Sequence record: SRR31156797_1634
Length of the DNA: 64,000 bases
Reading direction: 5' to 3' (one strand)
The position numbers and the translations under genes were made by a program. Positions 18,602 to 28,706 of the stretch are shown piece by piece (within the stretch, counting starts at the first letter, position 1; the number at the start of each line of letters is the position of its first letter). The notes below the pieces were generated by a model, which was not told where the DNA came from, did no database searches, and saw only the letters and a list, made by a program, of their open reading frames with translations.

Positions 18602-20617
18602 TTGTTTGAATCAGAGCCACCACTGGTCACCGCCATTGTTTCCACCTATGCTTCCGAAAAATTCATGGGAGGATGCCTGACAAACCTCGTCAATCAATCC
18701 ATTTTCGACAAGATGGAAGTAATTGTTGTAGATGCCAGTTCCCCAGAAGACGAGGGGAGTATTGTCCGCAAATTTCAAGAAAAATATTCCAATATACGTT
18801 ATATCAGAACACCTGAAAGAATCGGGATTTACCATGCCTGGAATGTGGGAATCCGCGAAGCCAAAGGTAGATATCTGACCAACGCCAATACGGACGACCG
18901 CCGCCATCCGCAATGTACGGAGAAACTGATACAGGCTCTTGAAAGCAATCCTGAATCAGTCCTTGCTTATTGCGACACGGCAATCACCAACGAGGAAAAC
19001 AAAGATTTTCATGAAGGAAAGGTCATCGGGCAGCATAACTGGCTTGACCATGACCACATGAACCTGATTCGCCGCTGTGAGATAGGCCCCATGCCAGTAT
19101 GGAAGGCCTCCCTGCATGACGAGATAGGACTTTTTGACGAACGGTTCTTCGGTGCCGGAGACTATGAATTCTGGCTACGAGCTTCGGAAAATCACTCCTT
19201 TGTACATGTAAAAGAAATTCTAGGCCTGTACCTGAGTTATGACAACAACCTCGAAACGCGCAATATGCAGCGCAAGCTCAACGAAGAATATTTCACCAAA
19301 TCAACGTATATAAACTCTTTTCTGGATCGAGGTCTGCCACAGTCGGAATCCTCCGCCTTACTGGACAAACATACCGCAGCCGTACGATCCTTTCTTAGCA
19401 GGCAAGACGGTATCAGCCCTGATGAATTGAACAAATTTGAATCCCACTATTACGCATGCGCCATGCTGCTTGCGGAGCAGGGAAACATTGCAGAAGCAAT
19501 AAGAATGCTGGAAGACTGGCTACGTTCCATCAACTTATCCAAAAACATAGGGCATCTCTTGTACGGACTTTTACTGCGCCAGCCAGAGACTGCTTCACTT
19601 TCCAATTCTAAAGTAAGTTTTGTGGTAGTGGACAACGCCCATCCTGAACTGTTGGGCCGGACCCTGAAAAGCATTTTTGCGCAGAAACACGAAAACTGGG
19701 AACTAACCATCATCACTAGCAGCGAGCCGGGGCAAGACGGAATTCCCGAAATAATTTCCGGGCTGGTATATTCTACCGAATTTCAAGAACAGATGAGGAA
19801 GCTCCCCCCGGAACGAATTTCGTTTGTAAGTTGCTCAGAAGCCTGCGCTGACGGCTGTATGGATGGCTGCCCGGAAACAGGCCCTGAACTCGACAGGATA
19901 GTTAAAAAAGCAATCAACAACGGGAGCGGAGATTACATATGCCTGCTACATTCCGGTGGGGTACTGGTCCCCGGATATATAAGTGAAGCAGCATTGATGC
20001 TGGATCAAAATGAAGAAGCCGCATGGGTTGCCCCCAAAACGCTATTCTTCAGCACCACGGCAATTCCGGCCTGGGGAATACCCTTTTCCTTCAAGCATGC
20101 CCTTACCGAACCTCCTGCAGTTCGTCCTTCAATATTTAGACGCACAGCATGGGCATCCATTGACAGTAAATCGCTAAAATCCACAGATTTTGAAAGCTGG
20201 GAACTCTGGATTGCCCTTGCCGAACAGGGATGGACCAGGATGCATATGGAAAAATTCGGGGTGATCAGAAACATCGCCCACGAAGAAGCTTTACAGACCG
20301 TTAAGAAAAAAGCCCTGCACAACATTGTCAGCTATCATCCATGGTGGTTCAGTCAGGCCAATGGCACAATAAATATCAATGAAAATGCAATTTCCGATTA
20401 TGAACAGGCCGGTGATAGAGCAAAGAAAGGACAAGCAGTCAGCGCTCTTAAGAAAAGCCAGCCAGCACAACGGTCTGAACATGGAAAGATGCGCCTTGTC
20501 CGCCATTATCTGGATAAAGGTAATTCAACCAAGGCCCTCAGCCTGCTGAAGCAGATTCTGGCAGAAATCCCTGATGATGCGGCAGCCCTGGAACTTCAGC
20601 AAAGACTCCGCAGCTAA
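18602..20617 (+). CDS. GT2 glycosyltransferase with second degenerate GT2 domain and TPR-like tail
   Basis: AIVSTY, VVDASS, AWNVGI, NANTDD, GDYEFWLR; helical C-terminal repeat; TTG start. Confidence 0.82.
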   Translation: MFESEPPLVTAIVSTYASEKFMGGCLTNLVNQSIFDKMEVIVVDASSPEDEGSIVRKFQEKYSNIRYIRTPERIGIYHAWNVGIREAKGRYLTNANTDDRRHPQCTEKLIQALESNPESVLAYCDTAITNEENKDFHEGKVIGQHNWLDHDHMNLIRRCEIGPMPVWKASLHDEIGLFDERFFGAGDYEFWLRASENHSFVHVKEILGLYLSYDNNLETRNMQRKLNEEYFTKSTYINSFLDRGLPQSESSALLDKHTAAVRSFLSRQDGISPDELNKFESHYYACAMLLAEQGNIAEAIRMLEDWLRSINLSKNIGHLLYGLLLRQPETASLSNSKVSFVVVDNAHPELLGRTLKSIFAQKHENWELTIITSSEPGQDGIPEIISGLVYSTEFQEQMRKLPPERISFVSCSEACADGCMDGCPETGPELDRIVKKAINNGSGDYICLLHSGGVLVPGYISEAALMLDQNEEAAWVAPKTLFFSTTAIPAWGIPFSFKHALTEPPAVRPSIFRRTAWASIDSKSLKSTDFESWELWIALAEQGWTRMHMEKFGVIRNIAHEEALQTVKKKALHNIVSYHPWWFSQANGTININENAISDYEQAGDRAKKGQAVSALKKSQPAQRSEHGKMRLVRHYLDKGNSTKALSLLKQILAEIPDDAAALELQQRLRS

Positions 20618-21972
20618 GTTGAACCGCCAATAAGTTTCAAAATCCGGGAAGTCATATCCCGCATTAATTCAACATCTCCCTGAGACTCCACATTGAGCCG
20701 AATAACCGGCTCAGTGTTGGAAGAACGGAGATTGAAACGCCAGTTTTCAAATTCAAAACTCAAGCCGTCAATTTCGGTAAAGGATGTAGCTTGGGATTCA
20801 AATTCCTTGCGTACTAACTCAAAACACATGGCGGCATCAGTAACACGTCGGTTTATTTCCCCGCTTGCAGGGTAGGCAACCTGCGCTTCAGTAACAAATT
20901 CCGAAAATTTTCTTCCTGAAATTGAAAGCAATTCCGTCACCAGCAGCCATGGGATCATGCCTGAGTCACAATATGCAAACTCACGGAAATAATGGTGAGA
21001 ACTCATTTCCCCACCATAAGCAGCATCCTCCTGACGCATTCTTTCCTTGATGAAGGCGTGTCCGGTCTTAGTTTCAATAGGGACACCGCCTCGCCCGGAA
21101 ACAATATCCATGGTATTCCAAGTCAGCCGGGGATCATGAAGAATCTTTTCACCGGGATTTTTCTCCAGAACGAGGGAAGCAAGCAGTCCCACCAAATAGT
21201 AGCCCTCAATATATTCACCGCGCTCGTCGAAGAAAAAGCAACGGTCAAAATCACCATCCCAAGCCAGACCGAAATCAGCTTTATTTTTGATAACTGCTGC
21301 AGATGTGGCGGCTCTGTTTTCCGGCAGCAAGGGATTCGGCACCCCGTTGGGAAAAGTTCCGTCTGGTTCGTAGTTCACTTTTATTAATTCAAAAGGAAGT
21401 TCTTTTTCCAAAAGGTCGAGAGTTTTCCCGGCACCACCATTGCCCGGATTGACTACAATCCTAAGCGGCTTGAGCGCTGCTTTTGAAATATAACCGAGCA
21501 GGTGCTCCACATAACGGGCCGAATTATCTATGCGTTCAATTGCCCCCTTCTTGGGGGACTCTTTGAGAATATCAGCCTGAATCAATTCCTTCATTTTATT
21601 GAGTCCGGTATCACCGCTGACCGGAATAGACTTTTCACGAACGAATTTCATGCCGTTGTAATCTTCGGGGTTATGGCTGGCAGTTATCATTATGCCGCCA
21701 TCAAGACCTAGGCTGAATACCGCATGGTAGATCTCCTCGGTTCCACACAGCCCGATATCCTTTACATCCACTCCGCCACTGCTCAGCCCCTCAATCAAAG
21801 CATCACGCAGTTGGGGGCTGGAAAGCCTTATGTCATAACCCACAGCCACATTTTCAGATTTAATAACCTGTGCGTAAGCCAGCCCGATCCTGCGGGCCAG
21901 ATCAGGATTCAATTCATCGGGAACCCGGCCCCGGAGATCATAAGCTTTGAAACAAGATAAATTCTCAACCAT
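20614..21972 (-). CDS. manB: Phosphomannomutase (CpsG/ManB)
   Basis: FKAYDLRG, TASHNP, DGDFDR, GEMSSH, RSSNTEP; start ATG 21972 after GAGGT. Confidence 0.95.
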   Translation of the reverse strand: MVENLSCFKAYDLRGRVPDELNPDLARRIGLAYAQVIKSENVAVGYDIRLSSPQLRDALIEGLSSGGVDVKDIGLCGTEEIYHAVFSLGLDGGIMITASHNPEDYNGMKFVREKSIPVSGDTGLNKMKELIQADILKESPKKGAIERIDNSARYVEHLLGYISKAALKPLRIVVNPGNGGAGKTLDLLEKELPFELIKVNYEPDGTFPNGVPNPLLPENRAATSAAVIKNKADFGLAWDGDFDRCFFFDERGEYIEGYYLVGLLASLVLEKNPGEKILHDPRLTWNTMDIVSGRGGVPIETKTGHAFIKERMRQEDAAYGGEMSSHHYFREFAYCDSGMIPWLLVTELLSISGRKFSEFVTEAQVAYPASGEINRRVTDAAMCFELVRKEFESQATSFTEIDGLSFEFENWRFNLRSSNTEPVIRLNVESQGDVELMRDMTSRILKLIGGST

Positions 21973-23410
21973 TTCCGACCTCATTGCCCTCTTCCAATCG
22001 CCCGTACAAATCTTCCATACGCACAATATCGTCCTCACCGAGGTAACTACCGGTCTGCACTTCGATCAATTCAAGGTCGACCTTGCCGGGATTATGCAAA
22101 CGGTGCACAGCACAAAGCGGGATATAGGTGGATTGGTCTTCGGTCAGAACCATTTCCTCATCATCGCGAGTGACAAGTGCAGTTCCCTTGACCACAATCC
22201 AGTGCTCGGCCCGATGATAATGTTTCTGCAGGGACAATGTCTGTCCAGGGTAAACTATAATCCGCTTAACCTGATACCTGCCACCTTCATCTATGGATTC
22301 GTAGTTACCCCACGGACGGTAAACCTTGGTGTGCGATTCATATTCACTTCGCCCATCTTTCTTCAAACGGCTGAAAATATTTTTAACATCCTGCACCCGG
22401 TCCAAACGGGACACAAGAACCGCGTCTTTTGATTCAACCACCGCAATATTCTCAAGACCAACACCGGCTACCAGCCGTTCGGATGAATGCATGTAACAAT
22501 TGCTGGAATCTTCCAACATAACATCGCCAATGCTGACGTTATCACTTTCGTCTTTATCACGGACCTCATAAAGTGAAGACCAGGCACCCACATCACTCCA
22601 GCCGCAATCAAGGGGGACCACAATACCTTTGGAAGTTTTTTCCATCACCGCATAATCAATGGAATCTTCCGGACAACGGGCAAAAACATCTTTGTCCAGC
22701 CTCAGGAAATCAAGGTCTTCACGGGCCTTGTCGATTGCGCCCCGGCAACAGCGCACCATTTCCGGCTCAAATCTATCCAGCTCTTGCAGATAAGCCTCGG
22801 CCTTGAACAAGAACATGCCGCTATTCCAGTAATAATCTCCGGACGCAAGATACTCTTCAGCCCTAGCAAGATCTGGCTTTTCCACAAAGCTGTCGATGAA
22901 AAATCCTTCCCCGGAACTGTCCGGCACAGCCGCATCACGTTTGATATAGCCATACCCTGTTTCCGGCTTGTTCGGAACAATCCCGAAAGTGACAAGTCCG
23001 GCATCTTCAGTGTATTCCGCTGCCATGGACAAACACGATAAAAATGGCTGAACATTCTGGATATAATGATCGGCAGGCAGAAGCAGAACATCCGGATTCC
23101 CTCCGGATTGCAGGGCCAGCAAAGAACCTATTGCCGCAGCTGGTGCGGTACTACGTCCCACAGGTTCCAGAACGATCCGATCAGGCTCAACCCCAATAGC
23201 CTGCAACTGCGAGGCAATAATAAATCTGTATTTCTCATTAGTAACCACAATGGGGCTGTCCATTTCCGGAAGCTGCATAACTCGGCGCACAGTCTCCTGC
23301 AGCAGGGAATATTCACCGCCCAAAACAGGCATTAGCTGCTTGGGAAAATTTGTTCTGGAAAGGGGCCATAACCGGGAGCCTGTCCCGCCTGCCAAAATAA
23401 CTGGAATCAT
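21965..23410 (-). CDS. manC: Mannose-1-phosphate guanylyltransferase/mannose-6-phosphate isomerase
   Basis: LAGGTGSRLWPLSR, FVEKP, SIDYAVME, WSDVG, RPWG, LSLQKHYHRAEHW. Confidence 0.96.
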   Translation of the reverse strand: MIPVILAGGTGSRLWPLSRTNFPKQLMPVLGGEYSLLQETVRRVMQLPEMDSPIVVTNEKYRFIIASQLQAIGVEPDRIVLEPVGRSTAPAAAIGSLLALQSGGNPDVLLLPADHYIQNVQPFLSCLSMAAEYTEDAGLVTFGIVPNKPETGYGYIKRDAAVPDSSGEGFFIDSFVEKPDLARAEEYLASGDYYWNSGMFLFKAEAYLQELDRFEPEMVRCCRGAIDKAREDLDFLRLDKDVFARCPEDSIDYAVMEKTSKGIVVPLDCGWSDVGAWSSLYEVRDKDESDNVSIGDVMLEDSSNCYMHSSERLVAGVGLENIAVVESKDAVLVSRLDRVQDVKNIFSRLKKDGRSEYESHTKVYRPWGNYESIDEGGRYQVKRIIVYPGQTLSLQKHYHRAEHWIVVKGTALVTRDDEEMVLTEDQSTYIPLCAVHRLHNPGKVDLELIEVQTGSYLGEDDIVRMEDLYGRLEEGNEVGNG

Positions 23411-23576
23411 AAGTTCTCCCTTTAACCTGCGCTAGATAAATCCATTGGCAAAAAAATGACAAACGCTGCTCAACAGCACGGAATAATGCTATATTTATAC
23501 CAAAATTATCTTTATAAATCATTTACTACAAAAGAAAGCCGTTGCCTAGGAAAGGCCGAAAATTATCTGACATACG

Positions 23577-23605
23577 TTGACTTGTCCGCCTGCGGGAAAT
23601 AGTCT
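23577..23605 (+). promoter_or_regulatory. Candidate sigma70 promoter of the 23650-38650 operon
   Basis: TTGACT-N17-TAGTCT, 44 nt before the first start codon. Confidence 0.5.
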
Positions 23606-23649
23606 GCCAACAGGCATGTAAATTCTTAATAAAAAAAGGTGTTCACGCT

Positions 23650-24531
23650 TTGCCCTGCAATTCAAACACATATCCTCCCCTCTTCATAGCTGAAGTATCC
23701 AGCAATCATGGTTGTGATATTGACCGCTGCTATAAATTCATTGATACAGCAGCGCAAATCGGCTGCGGGGCAGCAAAGTTTCAGCTATTCAAAATAAATG
23801 AACTTTTTTCGCCAGAAATACTTACCCACAGCCAAGAACACCGCGATAGAAAGCGCTGGGAATTACCGGAATCCTTTATTCCGCTGATAGCCGAGCGCTG
23901 CCGGAAACAGGGCATAGCTTTTTCCTGCACCCCGTTCTATCTTAAGGCTGTTGATATCCTGACGCCACACGTGGACTTTTTTAAAATCTCCTCCTACGAA
24001 CTGCTCTGGACCGACCTGCTTAAAAAATGTGCCTCCAGCGGCAAGCCCCTGGTACTTTCCACCGGAATGGCAGATATGAGCGAAATAAACTCTGCTGTAA
24101 GCACCCTGCACAAAGCTGGTTGCGTTGACCTGACACTGCTGCACTGTGTATCAGGGTATCCCGCTCCGATTACGCAGGCGAATCTCGCAGCCATGCAGAC
24201 CATGAAAGATAAATTCCATTGCAAAATCGGCTGGTCTGACCATACAGTAAGCGAGGGCGTCATTCAGCGGGCAATCCATAGATATGACGCGCAGGTAATT
24301 GAACTGCATCTCGATCTTGATGAAACTGGGGACGAATACAAATTCGGACATTGCTGGCTGCCGGCACAGACTGAAAGGATGATCAAAAACATCCACGAAG
24401 GCTTGGCTGCTGATGGAGACGGAATCAAAAGTCCGGTGGAAGCGGAATTACCTGACCGCCAGTGGCGAGCCGATCCAGAGGACGGACTGCGTCCCTTGAA
24501 ATCAATCAGAAAAACATGGAAAACAAATTAA
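23650..24531 (+). CDS. N-acetylneuraminate-synthase-family (NeuB-like) protein, short form without SAF domain
   Basis: IAEVSSNH, KFQ, TPF, KISS, LSTGM, LHCVSGYP, GWSDHT, IELH; 293 aa. Confidence 0.88.
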   Translation: MPCNSNTYPPLFIAEVSSNHGCDIDRCYKFIDTAAQIGCGAAKFQLFKINELFSPEILTHSQEHRDRKRWELPESFIPLIAERCRKQGIAFSCTPFYLKAVDILTPHVDFFKISSYELLWTDLLKKCASSGKPLVLSTGMADMSEINSAVSTLHKAGCVDLTLLHCVSGYPAPITQANLAAMQTMKDKFHCKIGWSDHTVSEGVIQRAIHRYDAQVIELHLDLDETGDEYKFGHCWLPAQTERMIKNIHEGLAADGDGIKSPVEAELPDRQWRADPEDGLRPLKSIRKTWKTN

Positions 24532-26061
24532 ATGGCCAATGCAAACAGTAAGATAAAAAATCTTTCAGAACTTGCGGAGATCGCAAAGAAACTGCGCGAA
24601 GACGGCAAACGGATCGTGCTCTGCCACGGTGTCTTCGACCTGTTGCATATCGGACACATCCGCTATTTCAATCAAGCCAAGGAACACGGGGACGTGCTCA
24701 TGGTTACCCTGACCCCGGACCACTATGTAGACAAAGGTCCGGACCGTCCTGCATTTACCGAAATCCTCCGCGCGGAAGCCTTGGCCTCACTAGGTGAGAC
24801 CGATTACGTTGCCATCAATGAGTGGCCCACAGCCGAAAAAACCCTGCGCGCCATCCGCCCACACGTCTATGCCAAGGGAGATGAATTCAAAGACATCGAG
24901 AACGACCCGCTGGGTAAGATCGGCAAGGAAGCTGACGTAGTCCGTGAGATAGGAGCGGAGCTGGTCTTCACCTCTGACATCGTCTACAGCTCTTCCAACC
25001 TGATCAACCGCTACCTAAGCCGAAACAGCGAGGAGCTGGACGAATACTTGAAAATGTTTCGCAACCGTTACCAGTTGGACGATGTGCTCGACCATCTTGA
25101 ACGCATGCAAAACCTCAAGGTACTCATCATCGGAGACACCATCCTTGATGAATACCAAATAGCTTCCGCGCTAGGCAAATCATCCAAAGACCCCATTCTG
25201 GCCTTCAAATACCAATCTCACGAGCTTTATGCAGGTGGGGCACTGGCTGTAGCCAACCACGTAGCCAACTTCGCCGGGGAAGTTACCCTCTTAACCATGC
25301 TCGGAGAGAAGGAGCGCTACGAAGATTTCATCCACGAAAAACTGGATGCCAAAATCAAACCATACTTTTTTACCCGTCCCAATGGCCCGACGACTCTTAA
25401 ACGTAGGTTCGTTGACGGATATTCACTAAACAAGGTCATGGAATTCTACGTCATGGATGATAGCCCGCTACCGGATGATGTAGAACAACAAATCTGCACC
25501 GAGTTGGCCAAAATAATATCTGATCACGACCTCGTGCTGGCAGCCGACTTCGGGCACGGATTGATCAGTCCTGCAGTAGTGGATGTGCTGGTAAGTAAAT
25601 CTCCTTATCTTGCAGTGAACACACAAGCCAATGCCGGAAACCGGGGCTTCAATACCATTGGGAAATATCCACAAATGGATTTTTTCTCGCTGGCTGAGCA
25701 TGAACTACGCCTTGAAACCCGCGACCAAATCAATGAGTTACGCCCCTTACTTATCGAAACCGGAACAAAACTGAACACTAAAATTTGCCTGGTAACACAG
25801 GGGAGTCGGGGCTGTTCACTTTACAATCCGGCCAGCGAATTTGTACGTATCCCCACCTTCCAGTCCAATGTTGTGGACAGGGTAGGTGCCGGGGACGCAC
25901 TATTTTCCATTGCCGCCATGTCTGCCTGCATGGGGTTACATGAAGAACTGGTCGGATTCCTCGGCAATATTGCCGGATCTCTGGCCGTGCAAATCATGGG
26001 CAATGACCGGGCCATAGACAAAGAATCCACGCGCAAATACATAACCGCAACCATGAAATAA
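24532..26061 (+). CDS. Bifunctional cytidylyltransferase-like plus PfkB sugar kinase (HldE-like, reversed domain order)
   Basis: N-terminal HGVFDLLHIGH and YSSS; C-terminal IGDTILDEY, GGA..VANH, DFGHG, DRVGAGD. Confidence 0.88.
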   Translation: MANANSKIKNLSELAEIAKKLREDGKRIVLCHGVFDLLHIGHIRYFNQAKEHGDVLMVTLTPDHYVDKGPDRPAFTEILRAEALASLGETDYVAINEWPTAEKTLRAIRPHVYAKGDEFKDIENDPLGKIGKEADVVREIGAELVFTSDIVYSSSNLINRYLSRNSEELDEYLKMFRNRYQLDDVLDHLERMQNLKVLIIGDTILDEYQIASALGKSSKDPILAFKYQSHELYAGGALAVANHVANFAGEVTLLTMLGEKERYEDFIHEKLDAKIKPYFFTRPNGPTTLKRRFVDGYSLNKVMEFYVMDDSPLPDDVEQQICTELAKIISDHDLVLAADFGHGLISPAVVDVLVSKSPYLAVNTQANAGNRGFNTIGKYPQMDFFSLAEHELRLETRDQINELRPLLIETGTKLNTKICLVTQGSRGCSLYNPASEFVRIPTFQSNVVDRVGAGDALFSIAAMSACMGLHEELVGFLGNIAGSLAVQIMGNDRAIDKESTRKYITATMK

Positions 26062-26063
26062 AA

Positions 26064-27029
26064 ATGAGCAGCAAATACCGCCAATTTGATCGCAGCAGAC
26101 TGAAAATACTTCCCCTTGCAGAACGCAAAAGCCTGATTAATACCGGGATTATCAAAACGGTTCAGCCATGCACCGAAGTTCATCCATCCCTTGAGACTAT
26201 AGCCAAAGAATTAGCTGCAGCCAGAGACAGGAAATCTGCACGGATACTCATGATCGGGGCGCATGTAATTCGTTCCGGGGTTCAGCGCTACCTTTTCGAA
26301 CTTATGGAAAAAGGACTAATCAGCTGCATTGCAGTCAACGGAGCCTGTGCCATCCATGATTTTGAATTCGCTCTCCTTGGACAGACCACAGAATGCGTTG
26401 CCACCTACATTTCCAACGGACAATTCGGCCTCTGGCAGGAAACCGGACTGCTCAACGAAATCATTTCCAAGGGCAATACACAGGGACTTGGCTTCGGTGA
26501 AGCTGTGGGCAAATACATCTGTGAAAACCAACTACCCCATGCTGATATAAGCCTCTTTGCCAAAGCTTATGAACTGGGTATCCCCGTGACCGTACATGCC
26601 GGAATCGGTTACGATATCATCCATGAACATCCAAATTGCGACGGGGCCGCTATAGGGGAGGCCAGCTACCGCGACTTCCTTATTTTTGCCGACCAGCTTG
26701 AGCAGCTTGAGCAAGGTGTGGTCATGAATTTCGGCAGTGCCATCATGGCTCCGGAAATATATCTCAAGGCTCTGGCTATGGTTCGCAATGCGGCTGCAAA
26801 TTCCAACCCTGCAAAGACAATTCGAAATTTCACAACTTTAGTATGCGATTTGCAGGACCTACCCGAACAGGTAAAGAATGAAGCCCCCAAAAGTGATGCC
26901 CAGTACTATTTCAGACCATGGAAGACCATGCTGGTACGTACCGTGGCTGACGGGGGCAAAAGTTATTATGTCCGGGGATTTCACGCCCAGACGATTCCCC
27001 AGCTCTGGTCCGCTGCCGCAGAACTTTAA
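26064..27029 (+). CDS. Conserved hypothetical protein, deoxyhypusine-synthase-like fold (GSU2086-like)
   Basis: GAHVIRSG, NGA..IHDFE, GLGFGEAVG, PVTVH..IGYDIIH.H, GSAIMAPEIYLKAL. Confidence 0.6.
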   Translation: MSSKYRQFDRSRLKILPLAERKSLINTGIIKTVQPCTEVHPSLETIAKELAAARDRKSARILMIGAHVIRSGVQRYLFELMEKGLISCIAVNGACAIHDFEFALLGQTTECVATYISNGQFGLWQETGLLNEIISKGNTQGLGFGEAVGKYICENQLPHADISLFAKAYELGIPVTVHAGIGYDIIHEHPNCDGAAIGEASYRDFLIFADQLEQLEQGVVMNFGSAIMAPEIYLKALAMVRNAAANSNPAKTIRNFTTLVCDLQDLPEQVKNEAPKSDAQYYFRPWKTMLVRTVADGGKSYYVRGFHAQTIPQLWSAAAEL

Positions 27030-27045
27030 GCACCGAGGAAAGACT

Positions 27046-27612
27046 TTGTGGAATAAACACGCGCAAAAATTACAGAACTGCCTTAGCTCCATTGAAGTAA
27101 GTGGGATCGACTGCAGTACACACGGTTGTGATCAAGCTTTTTCTGTATGGAAAGATATGACCGAAAAACTTCGCAAGCAGGGTAATATAATCTACCTCAT
27201 CGGAAACGGAGCCAGTGCGTCCATGGCTAGCCACTTCTCTGCCGACCTTGCAAAAAATGCCCATGTGCATACGCAGGTTTTTACCGATCTGGCACTTATT
27301 ACCGCCCTTGCCAATGACATTTCATATGATCAGGTCTTTGTGGAACCACTGAGACGAAGATTAACATCAAACGACATGCTAGTTGCCATCAGCAGTTCCG
27401 GCAACTCCCCAAACGTACTCAATGCCTGTCGCTTTGCCGCAGAAACCGGAGCTTTAGTGGTCACTCTCAGTGCCATGTCTCCGGAAAACAGTCTGCGTTC
27501 AATCGGTGATCTCAATTTTTGGATACCCGCAGACACATACGGTATGGCTGAAACGGGCCACACCTGCATTCTCCACTACTGGATGGATTCTGTTTCCACT
27601 TCCCCGGCATAA
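27046..27612 (+). CDS. SIS-domain phosphosugar isomerase (GmhA-like)
   Basis: IGNGASASMASHF, TALAND, ISSSGNSPN, YGMAE..H; TTG start at 27046 after GAGGA. Confidence 0.85.
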   Translation: MWNKHAQKLQNCLSSIEVSGIDCSTHGCDQAFSVWKDMTEKLRKQGNIIYLIGNGASASMASHFSADLAKNAHVHTQVFTDLALITALANDISYDQVFVEPLRRRLTSNDMLVAISSSGNSPNVLNACRFAAETGALVVTLSAMSPENSLRSIGDLNFWIPADTYGMAETGHTCILHYWMDSVSTSPA

Positions 27613-27621
27613 GGATTTTTC

Positions 27622-28692
27622 ATGAACGATAATCTACGCATAGATTCCCACAAACTGCACCTGCACCCTAGCCGGGTTGCCAAATGGCTGGCAGGCGAAA
27701 ATATTGGCCCCATTTTTATGGAAGTCAGTCCCAGCGGGGCTTGTAACCACCGTTGCCGCTTCTGCGCCTACGATTTCACAAATTACGTACCCAAATATTT
27801 GGACCTTGAAATATACCGCCGGCGTATTCCCGGAATCGCAGCAACCGGAGTAAAAAGCATCATGTTTTCCGGTGAAGGCGAGCCGTTCATGAACAAAAAT
27901 TTAACTGAAATCTGTCTTGCCACCCTAGATGCTGGAATCGACGTGGGAATCACCACCAATGGCGCGCTCATGCAAGCTGAAAAACTGAGCCCTATGCTGG
28001 ATCGGCTCTCATGGATTAAAATCAGTTGTAACGGACTCAATCCCGGTAATTATGAATCAGTGCATCGTGGGCCTCAAGGCGACTTTGAAAAGGTCATGCG
28101 AAACATTGAAGATGCAGTCTCAATGCGCAATGCTAGCGAATCTAACTGTACTCTTGGTTTGCAGAGCCTCCTTTTACCAGAGAATGCGGGAGAGATGAAG
28201 GAACTGGCTATACACAGCCGTGAAATGGGTCTGGATTACATGGTAGTCAAACCATATTCCCAGCATCCGCTAGGAATAACCAAAGAATTTGAGGGCCTCA
28301 CTTATGAGGAATTCAAAGAACTTGGCCGGGAGTTACGTGGGCTTTCCACTCCTTCATTCACCGTAATTTTCCGAGATAAAGCTATGGACCGTTTGCAGGA
28401 CCAAGAACGCGGCTATGAGCGTTGTTACGCCATGCCCTTCTGGTCTTATATGGACGTGGACTGGAACATCTGGGGGTGCGGAATATACATAGGCGACGAG
28501 CGTTTTCATTATGGCAATCTCGCCGAACAAAGTTTCGAAGAACTTTGGTCCGGGAAAAAACGCATGCAATCCCTCGAATGGTGCAACAGCAAACTTGATC
28601 CATCCTCTTGCCGCGTCAACTGTCGCATGGACAAAGTCAACTCATACTTATGGGAACTGTGCAACCCCGGCGCACACGTTAATTTTATTTAG
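27622..28692 (+). CDS. Radical SAM enzyme with Twitch/SPASM domain
   Basis: CNHRCRFC, FSGEGEP, TTNG; C-terminal CYAMPF...WGC...YGNL...CRVNC. Confidence 0.88.
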   Translation: MNDNLRIDSHKLHLHPSRVAKWLAGENIGPIFMEVSPSGACNHRCRFCAYDFTNYVPKYLDLEIYRRRIPGIAATGVKSIMFSGEGEPFMNKNLTEICLATLDAGIDVGITTNGALMQAEKLSPMLDRLSWIKISCNGLNPGNYESVHRGPQGDFEKVMRNIEDAVSMRNASESNCTLGLQSLLLPENAGEMKELAIHSREMGLDYMVVKPYSQHPLGITKEFEGLTYEEFKELGRELRGLSTPSFTVIFRDKAMDRLQDQERGYERCYAMPFWSYMDVDWNIWGCGIYIGDERFHYGNLAEQSFEELWSGKKRMQSLEWCNSKLDPSSCRVNCRMDKVNSYLWELCNPGAHVNFI

Positions 28693-28706
28693 CAGAGGTA
28701 AAATCT

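Noticed and set aside
23534-23626. Sigma28-like (GCCGAAAA) and sigma54-like (GGCATG-N4-TTCT) motifs
   Set aside because: Spacing or the -12 GC is wrong; a better sigma70 match exists
26878-27045. N-terminal extensions in the ORF track (also at 9394, 22038, 58228, 63151)
   Set aside because: They overlap upstream genes; downstream starts have RBS and match the domain boundaries
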